Shown here in pieces: positions 14,747-28,158 of a stretch of 64,000 nt of DNA. The number at the start of each line of letters is the position of its first letter. Position 1 is the first letter of the stretch. A program made the translations under genes and the position numbers. The notes under the pieces were generated by a model, which saw only the letters and a list, made by a program, of their open reading frames with translations, had not been told where the DNA came from and searched no databases. This DNA is from Tubiluchus corallicola (Eukaryota > Animalia > Priapulida): assembly GCA_030141605.1 (NCBI GenBank), contig JAQGDQ010000138.1, positions 434,001 through 498,000 on the forward strand, given 5' to 3'.

Positions 14747-14960
14747 GTGGGTTATAATATGCACAAATAGGATCTTCTCACTTAAATCATCTCAAAAACA
14801 AACGAAGCAAAACATTTAATCCCAGTTATCCAACACGTGAGTACTTGCAAACCTATAACGCTCCCCACGAAATAAACAGCGTCCACGCGCCGCAGAGCAA
14901 TCACTTTGCAGCGCAGCTCAGCGAGCTCAACTAATTTTGACATGCGCGCGCATGCTACTC
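14747..14960 (-). promoter_or_regulatory. Probable agrin promoter / non-coding first exon
   Basis: Local CpG-rich patch with palindrome CATGCGCGCGCATG (14941-14954) and a minus-strand donor CAC|GTATGT at 14746; the coding exon has an acceptor upstream of its ATG, so a 5' exon is expected. Inference only. Confidence 0.35.
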
Positions 14961-15172
14961 GTAAACGAAAGACAAAGTATTACCTCGCAAATGTACATAG
15001 GTACATTGTACTTGTTTTTTGTTAGCTGCTTTAAAGTGAAAATTATCCACAGCTAGTTATTGCAATTATATTACTGTGTTTGTTTCAACATGTAGGCCAA
15101 TGTTATATACAGAGAAAGAAAGTTAGTCAAAATTGAAGTGTGACGGGTACTAACGTGGTTGTGACGAATGCA

Positions 15173-15377
15173 GGAAAGTTTGGCACACGTAAGTTTGGTA
15201 CAGGTAATTTTGGTACTATCATCTTTAGGCACAAGGAATTTTTGGTACTAAGAAAATGTGGTACCAGGATTGTTTAGTACTAAGAAATACTGGTAAAAGG
15301 AAGTTTTTGTACTAGGGTAATATGATACGATGAAAATTTGGTACTAAGAAAGTTTGGTTCTGGAAAATTTGGTACTA
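15173..15377. repeat. Degenerate ~15-16 bp minisatellite (GGAAANTTTGGTAC-like), probable subterminal array of a DNA transposon
   Basis: About a dozen copies of a TTTGGTAC-core unit seen directly. Confidence 0.75.
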
Positions 15378-15606
15378 AACGAAAATACCTCACATTGAAA
15401 ATACTCATTACTTACCAACTCATTGAAAATACCTCACAATTGTTTCTGAGCCAAATCATTATGTCCATTTTGCTGACTGTGTTGCCTGTAATATAAGAAG
15501 CATGTTCATTATTGGACATTATAGAAAGTGAGTTTGCACCTTATAAAAAAATTGTTTTTCAGCAAAAATTACCACAAAAATGCACATCTAATAGACAAAA
15601 TTTGAT

Positions 15607-16075
15607 TTATACGTAAGATTCAAGAAATGCCTTAGTGTACTGTTTATTTAGTGAATGCAGAGGTAAAGAAGTTATATGAGCAGGCAGGGCATTCCATAAT
15701 ACTAATCCCTGATATTTTAACGACCTTTGACCCTTAGATATATTAAATCGTTCGATGAAGAAAGAACTGCTAGTAGAAAACCTAGTGTTGTAACTGTGAA
15801 TGTCAGATGCTGGCGTATAGTAATTTAGAAACAATTCTGGTAGTAAGTTATTCTTAAATTTGTATACAAATTTTGCAAGCTCGAGTTTGTAGATATCATT
15901 CAGTTTTAAGAGGCCCAATTTAACGTAGGATGGTGTTGCATGTTCCCGTCTACCAGAAAATGTCATCACGTTAACTATAATGTTTTGATGAGTTTGTATT
16001 GGTTTTAAAGTATTTGAAGACGCAGTGCCCCAGGCAAGAATCACATAGTGAAGATAAGAATAAACCAAAGCATGG
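15607..16075 (-). mobile_element. Non-LTR retrotransposon (CR1/L2 group) ORF2 C-terminal fragment
   Basis: ALVYSYLHYVILAWGTAS...LKLNDIYKLELAKFVYKFKNNLLP...IHSYNTR...SLKYQGLVLWNALP is the typical post-RT region of CR1/L2-group LINEs. Confidence 0.85.
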
Positions 16076-19000
16076 TTAATAGAATTGCTATTAGTGAGAA
16101 TGATGTTTATAAGCATTTAAGTGAATGTGATGCATTCTTTACTTCTTCCATTAGAAAGAAATGGATAGAATTGCTTTACTGTTTTCGGTAATGCCTTGCC
16201 GATGTAATTTTTTTATATATTATTCATTCATTTAGTTTATGTGCCACTAACCAAGTCATTATAATTGTGAGCATTTATAACTGTTGTATGTAATTTTTTG
16301 TCCTGAATGCATTTTTGTATATATTAACCTAGAGTTTGCAATAAGGACTTAAATAAAATAAAATAAAGAATGATAATTGTACACTAACCTTATGGTTTGA
16401 AATCTTATCTTACACTGTTCTTGCATCTGAAGGTCCTGCACAGTGCACATTGGTGTGGCCAAGTGCTGGGTTATAATGAAATGTACAGGAGCAATTATTC
16501 ATTTCTGTACAGCAGACTGTCAGCAACCATTCGATCCAGTTGGGATATTGGGTTGTCGTTGTTGCAAGCTGAGCTGAACATTTTAACGGAGATATTTATG
16601 AAGCCAGTTTTTGAGTTTATGATGATTATATCGGTTGCTGTGTATGGAACCAACGATCATAATGCTTCATCAGTTGACAGTTTCAATAGACATTTTTCGA
16701 AATGATAACAGTGATTGAAGAAGTAGCTTTAGCATGCATGATTTCATGTATTTCCTGGTCTGCATCTTTTTAATTTATAATATTTTATTAAGTTTCGTGA
16801 TGTCTTTACACCGGAATGATTTCAATTCAGTATAATTCGACGATCGAGTTGACTTGACAGTCACAGATTTAGATGCGTCCTCAGCACAGATTTAGATAAA
16901 GCGCATAGATATCTAATTCTATGGTCCTCAGAGAGAGACTGCTACTTTGCTAGGCTCGCATACAAATTCTATGCTTTGCTGTTGAGCAAACAATGGGTAC
17001 TATGTTGTTTGGCAAAACTGCATTCAATTGTTAAGCAAAAACTGCCCTTGAGCTACAAACATTTGAAGTATTGTTCTATACGAAAGCTAAGCAATCATTC
17101 TATACGCACGCACTTCATCTAAACCTATGCTTGACAGTACACTTTTTTCTAGATTTTGTTACTTGGCACATCTTTGATTTCCTGTTCATGGTGGTGATTT
17201 TTGCTACGCACAGATGGCACTGCGAGCAGATGGCCATTCATTGACAAAACCACTATTGAGAAAACGTCTACAAATTTAAAAACTATGCAAAAAACCTTTT
17301 GCTGCTGTTAGTTTTGATTTAAATTCCAGGCTGCTCTTCTTTTATTTTATAATTTCATTCTTTGACGCTATATATTTCTGTGCGTTAAGAGGCTTTTCTT
17401 GGATTTTTTGCGTTCTACTTGAGAGCTAATTCTATGCCTTTAGACTCTTCTTGGCATTTCGTGAGTTGTTTCCTTAATTAAATTTATTCCGTTTTGATAG
17501 TATAAAGAATAATATAATAGTAACTATCCGTTTGTATAATGGGGACAGAAACGATACTGTTTGTTTCTTTCTTTCAAATAGTGTTTTTTCAGTAATAGCA
17601 AAGCATCAATTGTAAAGCACCACTAGCCACTTAATAAATAATTAATTATTAAATTAAGCCTGTGTAAGCTCCAAATAAAACGGTAAAAGGAAACAATTTT
17701 CAATCTAGTGAAAACTATTCAATTCAAATATTCGTAGAAAGGCAGTAACTCTGAGTTACTAACGCATGCATTTTGGAAACACATTGTGCAAAAACGAATT
17801 TTTTTAAAAAACATCTTCACTGATCCTAGTATGTTTCGACCCTGTTAGCACAGATCGTCTTCAGCTGTCTTCAAAACTGATTGTAAAATACAAAATGCGA
17901 TATTAAAATAGTTTTTGTAAACTCAGATTTACTCGAAAACGATTGTAGTACCTCATTACACATTTTACCAAAAATTGTTTATGGAAAAATAATATAAAAG
18001 TTAAAATGCCTCATTACCATTTAGACTAGTTATATGCAGGGAAGAATACACATCAACTCTGACTAGTTAAGGTCATCTGTACATGTATAAATTCAACCGT
18101 AAAACTTCGTTTATAAAACCACACACCAGGGATAATTTTCTCTAATTTCTCAATCTGCAAACAGTTTAGGCTGCAAATCTGCAGTCTGCTCAAACTCATG
18201 ATTTGCTATTAACAGTTATCTGCAACTGCATCACTGTATTAATTCAAATCCACGATCCGTTCTCGATCTGCAAAAAGGTTTCCAATCTGTAGTCCAGCTC
18301 ACAGACCTAATTTTAATTCAAACCCACATAACATTCTGCAGTTTTCACCTGTCCTTGGTTTAAAAAAAGAAAAAATATTTTAAACCATTGGAAATTGCAC
18401 CTGGATTACACCCTCATTCAGTGTGTCCACCGCATGCTTTGATTTTCATTAATTAATTGCACTGGATGCATTAACATGTAGTAGGAAATCTTGAATATTC
18501 TCTGACTGATATTATTGTATTATTTTAACATTTAGTATTTTTAATGGCAAATAAAATATTTTATAACTGCTGTTGGTGCTGCTGCTGCTGCTGCTTGTAT
18601 GACTACTGTTACTACCACTGTTGCGGCGCTGCTGCTATTACGACTACTGACTCTGCTGCTATTACTACTGCAACTGCAGCTTTGTTAGATTAATGATTAA
18701 CGAATCAAATTATTATTTCATTTCCTTGTTGTTCAACCTGGTAGTTTGTGATGTACAGTCTGTCATTGTTATTTTCATTGCCTCTGTTAATATTAAATAG
18801 CCTCAGTTTTATGTTCACATACTATATAATAATTGTTTATAAAAATTGTAATTGGTAATTTGTTGAGAATAATTTATAATAACATTTAACTTTTTATTAG
18901 TGCCAAAATACATACGAAACAAAAAACGCGACACTGCAGAAAATCAAACAATTATTGATAAAACAAATATACATTCTCAAATCGTTTCTGTTGGTTAGTT

Positions 19001-19139
19001 TTGTTATTTAAATGTAGAGTTTAATGATTAGTATTTAAAATAAATTGTCACTTCTCTGGCTTTATTTTCAATAATATGATCATTACACAGAATATTGTTC
19101 GTCATGTCTTAAGAACACTTTTTCAACTTAATAAATAAA

Positions 19140-19680
19140 TGCCTTAATTACTTCTAAATCTCTACTTCTGCTTAAGAATAAACATTTATCAACATCACTT
19201 ATAAAGAAAAATTCTAGTGTAATTGTAATATGTGATTATATAGTTTCCTCTAAGGTCATTGTTATATGAGCATTTTATAACAAAATAATTTGTCTTCGAT
19301 TTCATTTCTTGAAAATGTACGATTCTCAGCTGGGATTTTTCTATTAACGTATCTCCCTTTTTCAATATACAAAGTGTGCGAGCTGATTCTCAGTTTTGTA
19401 AATTTTGTTATAGCGTATTTGGAATAACGAGAAAGCAAATAGTTTTCTTGTCGGTATTGTTTTTTCAAGATTCGATATGCTTGCAGTTTATTTTGTCCAT
19501 CAGGTTTGTTATCATTTAGGATTTTTTCTTTCCAAAATAGGGTGTAATCAGTTTTTATTTTTTTCTTCTAATTTATTAATCAGTCACCTAGGTGAAAATG
19601 TTGTCTTGTTATTCCAAACATGTTCAAAGCCTTTATGTTCGCGTTTCTTCAGATACACTGCATCACAGACTTTGAGAATG
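19140..19680 (-). mobile_element. Degenerate LINE ORF2 C-terminal fragment
   Basis: NKLQAYRILKKQYRQENYL...FTKLRISSHTLYIEKGRY...IPAENR...NEIED matches the KLRTY..K..F..E.YL / LRISSH.L.IE.GRY...R.C..C..IEDE.H tail of invertebrate LINEs; frameshifted. Confidence 0.8.
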
Positions 19681-20887
19681 AAGCACAATATGGGTCTGTA
19701 TGTAGTCGCGCCACTACTGTAGTGTCCCTATATAGCAAAATGAATAGCGGTAAATTGTAATTTCACTGTAATTGTAATGCTGCTATGTTACTGTGTAGGC
19801 TTACTTGTAATTGTAATGATCTCATGACTAGTGAAGCAAGACGTTAACGCTGCATAATGCATCACATACCTCATTGGTCATTGTTATTCACGAATCTTTT
19901 CTTGGAAAACTTATTTCGCTCAAAAGAGAACAGGTATTGTTTAGTGACAGCAACTTTATAAAATTCATTTTTTAAACCTAATGAACATGTTTAAACTTTG
20001 AACAGTAGGTTATCGCACAGTAGTTTAAAATAGTAAAGTGTCGCATGTATAATAATGTGATGAATAATTTACTCTTATGTTGACATTGTATGAATGAGCT
20101 GCAAGAGTCTGTTTAAAATCATAAACTACTTAGTTTGAACATTGATGCAATTTGGTGCAGTTTGTGTTTGTACTCGGTGTTTCTTTAGCTGTCACTTAAC
20201 AATTTAATTATCACTGTCAACAGGCTTTTTTAACATGCCATCTACGTTTTGCAATGTGCTATCTCAACGACGCTTAGAAATCTTTGCAAAAAGAAAGAAG
20301 TTTTTAGCAAAAGTAGTTTAATGAATTAAGTTAGTGAACCATTTAAGTAAATTCGTTTGTTTTTAAATAAATTCGCTTAAATATCTGATTTATCAGTTAT
20401 TGTGCAGAATGTAGAAAAGTATGGAAAACAATGGCAATTTCGTGAAAGCATGTTTTAGCCTGGCAACGAACCTTAAATTGTCTCAGATTTGTATTCCAAG
20501 TCAATGTCGTACAACTGCACTGTGTAGCAAAATTTGCTTTTAGCTATTACTGGACATACTATTAAGATTTCTTATGTTAGAAGATTTTACTTAGTAAAGT
20601 CATCGCTAATTACCCATGCTCGTCATTAATTAAGTTTAAAGTGATATTTAATTATAAAATTCCAGTAGTTAACTATCATATGAAGTAAAATGAATATTTT
20701 AAACTACTGGTCACAATAAGGTGCCAAAAGCTATCTGAGCTTGCCTAGAAAAATCTGGAAAGTCATCCCATTTTCCTTGAACTTATTTTGTAATTGTCAG
20801 TCAGTGTCACATTGTCAACGTTGATCACTAAATTAATCAGTTTCTTGGCTTAATCATCTAATAATTAGATTATTTTTTTAGGTAACA

Positions 20888-23800
20888 ATGGATGAAGTTA
20901 AAGATAATGTGCCTGCACATTATCCTATTACTGGACTGTGTATTATCACAGAGAAACGCAACTGTCCTCAAGGTTATTCAGTGGTAAGCATGTGAATACA
21001 ACGTCAGTGCTGAGCAAGCTATGTCTCATTCGCTAGCATATACATTATTAGTCCTTGCATTTACATCTTGCTAAATTTATGTATAATCAAGATTACCCAA
21101 GTCTTGCCTGTAACCTGCATGAATTAATGCAAATATTGGAATTCATGGCTAGAAAGTAAATAATCGCATATATAGACTATATAGACCACAAAATTATATA
21201 AATTGCAGCTGTCATGTTCATGTATTTACAAGAATAGATGCATGCAATGGTTTAAGATTATCGCTATATCCTTTGCTTGGTTAAATGTGGTTTACCTGCT
21301 TTGTCTGCTTTGCTTGGTTGCATAATTGTGTAATTTTTTGCTATTTGTCTATTTGTAATTTATGATTTTTTGCTTAATTTGAAATTGTTTATTTGCAGTA
21401 CTACTAAATATTTTAACTGCATACATGTATATATTTATGGTAGAATAGCCCTAAAACAATGATATTTTCATGACACTATATGGTATCAGTGCTCAGGGAA
21501 CACCTGAGAATGATGACTAGGTATTTTGTGCTACCTGTATAAACTGCTTTAATCACCAAGAACGTACTGGTTCATAAGACGTGACTGAACTGTCTTATTA
21601 AGATTTGGTGAAAGTAAGAACTGTAAAATTACGCTTTAAGTAGGCACATGCTAGTTTACTGTGCACAGCATAATATCCAACACAGTACAGATATTTCAAA
21701 AATTTTAAATACTTGAACATAGACCTGCCACAATATTTTGCAGAAATGGATTTTTACCAAGCTAGTTTAGACAGACTTTTCTAGAATAAGTATAATTGTT
21801 TTTCATTTTAAGTTTTTTCTAGTGGTACATCCTTCTTATCATCTTTCTTTAGATTGAACGAACGTACGATGATAATGTTGATGCTGACTTGTGGAAAGAT
21901 GGTTTTTTTGGTCGACGGATTCTGCGATACTTAGCCGTGACTAGACATTATCCATTGGATGGGGTATGTGTCTTACTGAATGAGGTCTACTATCTAGAAT
22001 ACTGAAATAGTAATATCAAACTAGCAATGCCCTATAAAAGTTCATAGTAACAGTACCATATTTATATAACTTTCGGAAGCATTCTTCGATAGATTATTGG
22101 CATTGTTTTTGGGCACCATCTTGCTCTTCACACACTTTCAGAAACTGTTGTCTGTGCATCTGTATAAAGCCTATAATACTGTAGCAATGATTATAAGCAG
22201 CTAGAACAATTGGTGATACTTTTCTATCTTGTGCGCTTTCTCATCAAGAAATTGTGAGAAAGAGAATGTTGAACTATGCTGTCTCCTCTTGGTCAAGTGA
22301 ACATCTCTTTAAAAGTAATTTTAAAACCCTGGAATTTGTTTCATCCAAGTTGCAGGAGAATTTTTGAACTTTTGCTATTTTCTCTGGGACAGTCACCTCA
22401 ACATTCAAATATCATTTTTTTCTGTCTTGTGTTTGTACAAATTTTCATAAAATAAAATTCTCATGGTTTTTGAACAGGTGACCCTCATGCTGCAAAACTA
22501 AATTGTGTCTATTGGTATGCTTTAGAATAATCAGGGTACATTGTATGATGCATAACTAAATGTTTTAACTTAAAATAAAATGAAAATCTGAGTTTGAAAT
22601 TGGATTCTTGTTCAAATTCTCAAAGGTTTTGTTTTATTTTTAATAAAATTTGGCATAAATTCTCTATATTTAACATTTTTATTTTTAGAAGTGTAAAGTG
22701 GAAGTCGAAGACCAGACAATTTATAATAACATTCCAACAATTTTTGGTTAATTTTATGCAATACAAAATTATGTATATAATATTAGCAATGATTAGCTAG
22801 CACATTAGTACTTTCATAATGTTTTCATCTTTTTTCAGGGAAGGCTGAACAATGTCTTAGCAGATATTGCAATTACTGCTGATAGATCTGCAGTTCCACC
22901 TGGGTATAGCACTGTTGATCTTACTGTTGATACTCGTAAGTAATCTTACACACATGATATCAGCTGAGGGAGAAATAGTTATTACTTATTAAGTGCTGTA
23001 GTGATCTCAATAGACAGTAATGATGTGGTACAGAGTTTTATTTTATGTTCTGCTTGTTATAGCTTTTTACCTATGACCTCAAATAACCTTAAAAGTATAA
23101 TATCCAGAGTTAATTAAATTATTTTAAAATGAGTTAGATGTGAAAAGCTTAGATGTAGGGGACCAAAAATATGAAAATTTGTACTCCATTATGCATGTGA
23201 AATGTTCTGCTGCTATTGGTTGTGTTTTTTTATATATTTTTTTGCATTAAAATAAAAGACTATATGATTGTGCTGTCTTATGTGTTTACTTATTTTCACG
23301 TTTACACATTCATTATAACGATGTATTGTATGTAGCAAATTATGAGAGGTTCATTTAGTCTGCATCACAATATCATATGGTTGCATTATGCATATTTTGT
23401 GTTATAGGAGAAAAAGCGATGAAGAAAAAACAACTAATAGTAAAAATGTTACCAAGAAATGCAACAAGCTCAGCTGTATGTGAAATCATTATTCTTAGTA
23501 AGATGAGACGGCCACCAAATGGTTACACCATTGCTGGGTAGGTTTAAGTTCAATGTTCTGACATTTTAGCTGAGGAAATTCTCACCTCCAAAAAAAGCTG
23601 CAGAAAGCATTGGGAATAGCAGAATCCTAGTTAGGTCCAATGCTTTCCAAGTCTAGCCAAAAACACTAGCTGTACGAAATTTGGATATGAAAACCGTTTG
23701 ACCATGACGCGCCCATGGGAAATTAGTGCTCTTTTTGTTGCCTATATGAATATGTGAAACAAGATTGGCTAAAATGAATGAGCTTTTGTCAAACATCAAG

Positions 23801-26800
23801 AACTTCAAGGTGTCAAACATGGGAGCCAGTAGACCTGCAGCATCATCGATGCTTTGGTTTTTAAGTTAAATGAATTATAATTTATGGTTTTATCTATCAT
23901 TATTTTCATTTACAAGTGTGCAAGAAACTGCCAGTTTTATTGGTGGAAGTAATGTTGCCGTTGATATTACTAGAGCTCAACATTTTTTTGTAATTTTGTC
24001 ATTTTTAAGTTGAGCAAATTAAATTGATGTATTGCTGTAATCTTTTTATTATTTTTTCTCTTCAGCAAGCAGCTGCATAACAGTGCAATAAAAGTAGCTA
24101 AAGTAGCATAGATAGTACGCTTACTTTAGTTTAATGCGTTTGTTGTATAGTGGCTAAGAAGCCTAGTTAAGTTGTTATGATAGTGAAAAATAGTAAGGCA
24201 GATATGATGGGGCTATGGGAGGATTAGCTGAATGAAACTGAGAGAGATTAGTGACTGATATTGTGATAACTTTATTGAGGTCTCATAAACTTATTCACAT
24301 GTTTTTTTTCTGTTTCTACGTTACTGAGGCAAATGAAAATCATTACTAACCCTCCAAAATTTATATAATTTTTCTAGTAGCTTAGTTAAACTCAGAATCT
24401 AAAAACAGCTGGGTATAAAAATCTGCTATAAAGAATATAGAGTATAAAACTTGTTAAAATTGCAACCATAGTGTGAACTTATTGGGTAGATCTGAAGTGC
24501 ATTAGAGGGCTTGTGGGATAGTAATGTTTGGAATTTATGCAACTATTACCCGATATCCCCCTAAAGTTTCTACGCTGTTTCTTTTTGGCACTTGCAATAT
24601 TAGAAATAAATATGTCTCAACAAGTATTGCCATCAAGCGAGAATTGCATAGACCATATAGTCTGTGTGCTGTGTGAAAACAAAATACAAAAGTGCTCTAC
24701 ATTTGGTTGCTAATGTTTTAGTTATAATTTTTATGAATTTCTCATTTTGCAGTGAGGACTTAAACAGCATGTGCATATGTTTCAAGTATGGACCAGTTCC
24801 TGCTGAGAAACAAGACCAAAGTCAGTCCGTGTAAGTTTTACTTTGTTATTTTCTTTGTTATAGGCATTTGGCATTTGCGTTTCCAGAGCCTTTAGTTTTT
24901 AGAACAAGATGTTAAAAGATATTGTGAAGTATTTTAGTCAAATAATAGTCATTTAAATTTTGACTCCGATGTATGTTGACTATTGTGAACAGATTTATTA
25001 TTTAGCAAGTATTTTGCATACTCATTAGTCCCAGTTTGCAGAAAGAGATTGTCATTGAAAAGATTCCTATTGCTTATCAGATAGCTGTTCAGTACATTAA
25101 TCACTGTTGCTTAAATTATGTAGAGTTTATGTTTTTTTAGCTCTCAGGCTTTTATTTAAAAAGAAACACATCATTGTTAAGAACGAAAGCAAAAAGGTGA
25201 AACTTCAGTTGTCAATTTAACATTTGTTGGGATTATATCCTCTCTGTTTTGGTGTACGTATTAGAATAAATATGTAGGTCACCGAAGAAAAATTCAGTGG
25301 AAAGTGAGCAAGTCTTCCAGAGACTGTCATATTCCTCATAGTTACACAAAAGTAGTGTTAAGATCACATATGTGATACACTGTCTGATGCTTACAGTGCT
25401 GAAGCCAATTTGCCATACACCCTGAATCCAGCGGGTTACTTACAGCAACATCGTCAAGGTGCAGCCCCTCCTTCTCCTGCTGTTGTGGAGGATGAGAACC
25501 GTCCGGCAGGTTGGGGTCAAACAGGGTCGCGCAATCCTTTGAAACGGATGGACACGGTTTTAGCTAAACACTATAGCAATACAGCTGCAAAAACACGTAA
25601 GTAACAGCGAAGCGTCTCCTCATTTTGAACCACATTTAAATTATTTTAAAGTTTATAATATATCACACTTTGGCTCTTGTAAGAAAAAATATCAAATTTT
25701 TCTCAGCTGCTGGTTTTTGTTTCAGCAATACAAGGTATTCCATTTGAAATCAATCCGAAATTGCAGGGAAACTCCACAGATGTGAGTCTAATAATTTATT
25801 GTACATACGAATGTAATTTTTCTTAGATGATGCAGGTCTGAAAGAGCCTGAATTCATCTTGTTTTGTTGCTATTTGGATAACATTAATGTGCTACTGCAA
25901 AAAAATGTGGAACACTATGTTGGTAAGGCATTACATGCTAAAATCAGCCAGGTGTGTCAGAGTGCAGAGTCTTGTGACTTCAAAGTCATGATGGCAGTCT
26001 AAACATTATCTTCTTGTTTAAAATTTTGCACAGTTTGTTTGTTAAAAGTTGTATTTTTATTTGAACTAGGCTGGACAGCCGCATTGGCGTGCCATGTCAC
26101 CGCACTCTGAATGAGATCGTCATTTTGGCGATATTTTCAGTTTAATGTAATTGTTAATGTGATGTGATATTCAACAATCTATAATAAAAACAGCAGTTGT
26201 TTTAGTGTGCAAACAACATGCATTCGTTGTTGTGCTTTTCATTTGTCATTAGTATGAATAAGTGTTTGTTAGTGGCACATTTGTTACTGGTATGAGAAAA
26301 CAAAAAGCACCGAATTAAGTATGCTGTTGCCTTTAAAACTTCAATAATATAATTACCGGTGCTTTTACTTGAGTTACTAGTAACTAATGTGTATAAAAAA
26401 TTTACATTTTCAGTTCAATATCCGGCAGTTACCATTCATGTCATTAGCTGACATTGAAAATAAAGTAAGTAAATTATTCTTACAACTGTCTTTTGTTAAA
26501 GTCGTAAATACCATCTTGCTTTACTAAGTAATTTTTACTCTCGGTTGAATGTAGTGTAGTAGTTGATTAAACAGGCAGCATGATGAACAGGATTCCTTGA
26601 GCTCAAGTTGGCTTAGAGTTGAAGTTTTACCTTTAATTCAGCTATCTGGATTTGAGCATAATGAGAGGGGCTTCAGTCTTGCGTGGAGTTTAGGAATTAT
26701 TCTTGTGCCATAAAGTGCAAAACTACCCTCTACCCAGTGGTACATGTTACATGAATGGAATACAATAACGACTGCTATTCCATACACGAACGGAATGAAT

Positions 26801-28158
26801 TAAATTTTAGACATTTTCTATAATATAGGAACGGAATGAACGAAAATTTGGAAAAATAATGGCAATACAAAGATTTATACTAGTTTATTAAATAGCTTGT
26901 GATAACAAAACTTGGAATACTGTCCTATCGACCCTACTATTGAAAGTTTCCATGATTTTATTTAATTGTATGGGAAATGTGTCCCCTCATTTTGAAACCA
27001 GACATACGCAGACGGTTAGTCGTAGATACCTTTGCATATGCCACATCAAGCCACAAAATTTACAAAATGCTACATTGTAAAATAAAGGAAATAACAGAGT
27101 ATATTAATAATTTATTCGCTGTCGTTTTTATTTCTGAATTAAATGAACGTAGATGTAGATACTTGTAGAAGTTGAAGAAAGTAGATGATACATACATATA
27201 GGCGATGCAATTTGAAAGTATATGTAGATTAATGGTAGATGAGAAAAAAGCAGATGTTTCAAACGTTGCCATTATGTTCCTGATGGCAAGTACAAAGTAG
27301 AAGAGAGAAAGGAATTGTTTTTTTTTGGAATGTGCATTACTTCTCTCACTGTTTTGGGAGTAATCTTCACTACAATCCTTAAGCAAAGCAGACAAGAAGG
27401 CAAATAAGAAAGTATGCCATATAAAAAGTAATTTTTCTTACCTAGACAAGAAGATAAAGAAGAAGCAACAATAAAGTGGGATTAGCATATAGAAATATAG
27501 TCTGTTATCTAGTTCACCTATGTGATATAGAATTTGACGCGATGTAGCAAAGAGAACATACATATTGAAATTACTGTACATGTCACGAATGTGCTAAGAC
27601 TATGTGTGCTTGCATAACAAAATCGTCTGTAAGTTGGCAATTAACCCTTTCTAGCTATTCACATATCCTGATTCTGCATTTCATGAGGATCATTTTGATA
27701 CCAAGCTCATTGCTCTATATTATTTCTAAGCTGAGATAAACCACATTGAAGTGAGGCTCAGGCTATGCAGTGAAAAACATAATCTTGAGAAAATCATTGT
27801 TAAAGTCAGCCATTGTTTATTGTGGCGTCTCTACAAAATACTTAGCAACCGTACGAAAGTGTGGTTAATATGGACTATATTTAGCGTTGGTTTACACAAA
27901 ATACGAAAAATTGGCAATTGACTAAATTTTTGGGTCATTCTGCTTTGAAGTGTCATTACATAATTTTAACTATGCCGATTTATGGACGGTTTTGGTACGC
28001 AAGCACACATTTGTATTTTTGGATTCATCCAGTTGCTGTACTGTGATATCGTAATTCCGTGCCTAATAAAATTTTTATTCATTTGTTTTTTGTTTCAGTA
28101 TCATTATGACTTCAGTATAGAAAGAACGGCCTTCAGCTACGTTGACGGAGAAGCATGA
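20888..28158 (+). CDS. MVB12: Multivesicular body subunit 12 (ESCRT-I; MABP + UMA domains), 292 aa, 9 coding exons: 20888-20983, 21853-21963, 22839-22935, 23408-23537, 24753-24830, 25397-25596, 25726-25781, 26414-26464, 28099-28158
   Basis: All introns GT-AG with compatible phases, 879 nt total. Product has PITGLCII...CPQGYSV, DADLWKDGFFG..RYLAVTR, NVLADI, EKAMKKKQL.VK..PR, AVCEI, GEDLNSMCI (MABP) and IQGIPFEIN...SLADIENKYHYDFSIERTA (UMA), matching MVB12A/B motifs. Confidence 0.93.
27602..28010 (+). mobile_element. Non-autonomous TIR element (MITE), copy 1, in last MVB12 intron
   Basis: Termini ATGTGTGCTTGC...GCAAGCACACAT; both ends align to an inverted second copy at 37655-38323. Confidence 0.8.

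Noticed and set aside
16400-16720. Possible Gypsy integrase trace (PTGSNGC*QSAVQK)
   Set aside because: One weak motif among stops; cannot be supported without a search.
23603-23647. Small hairpin GAAAGCATTGG...CCAATGCTTTC in an MVB12 intron as a pre-miRNA
   Set aside because: Too short (45 nt) and imperfect; more like a decayed palindrome.
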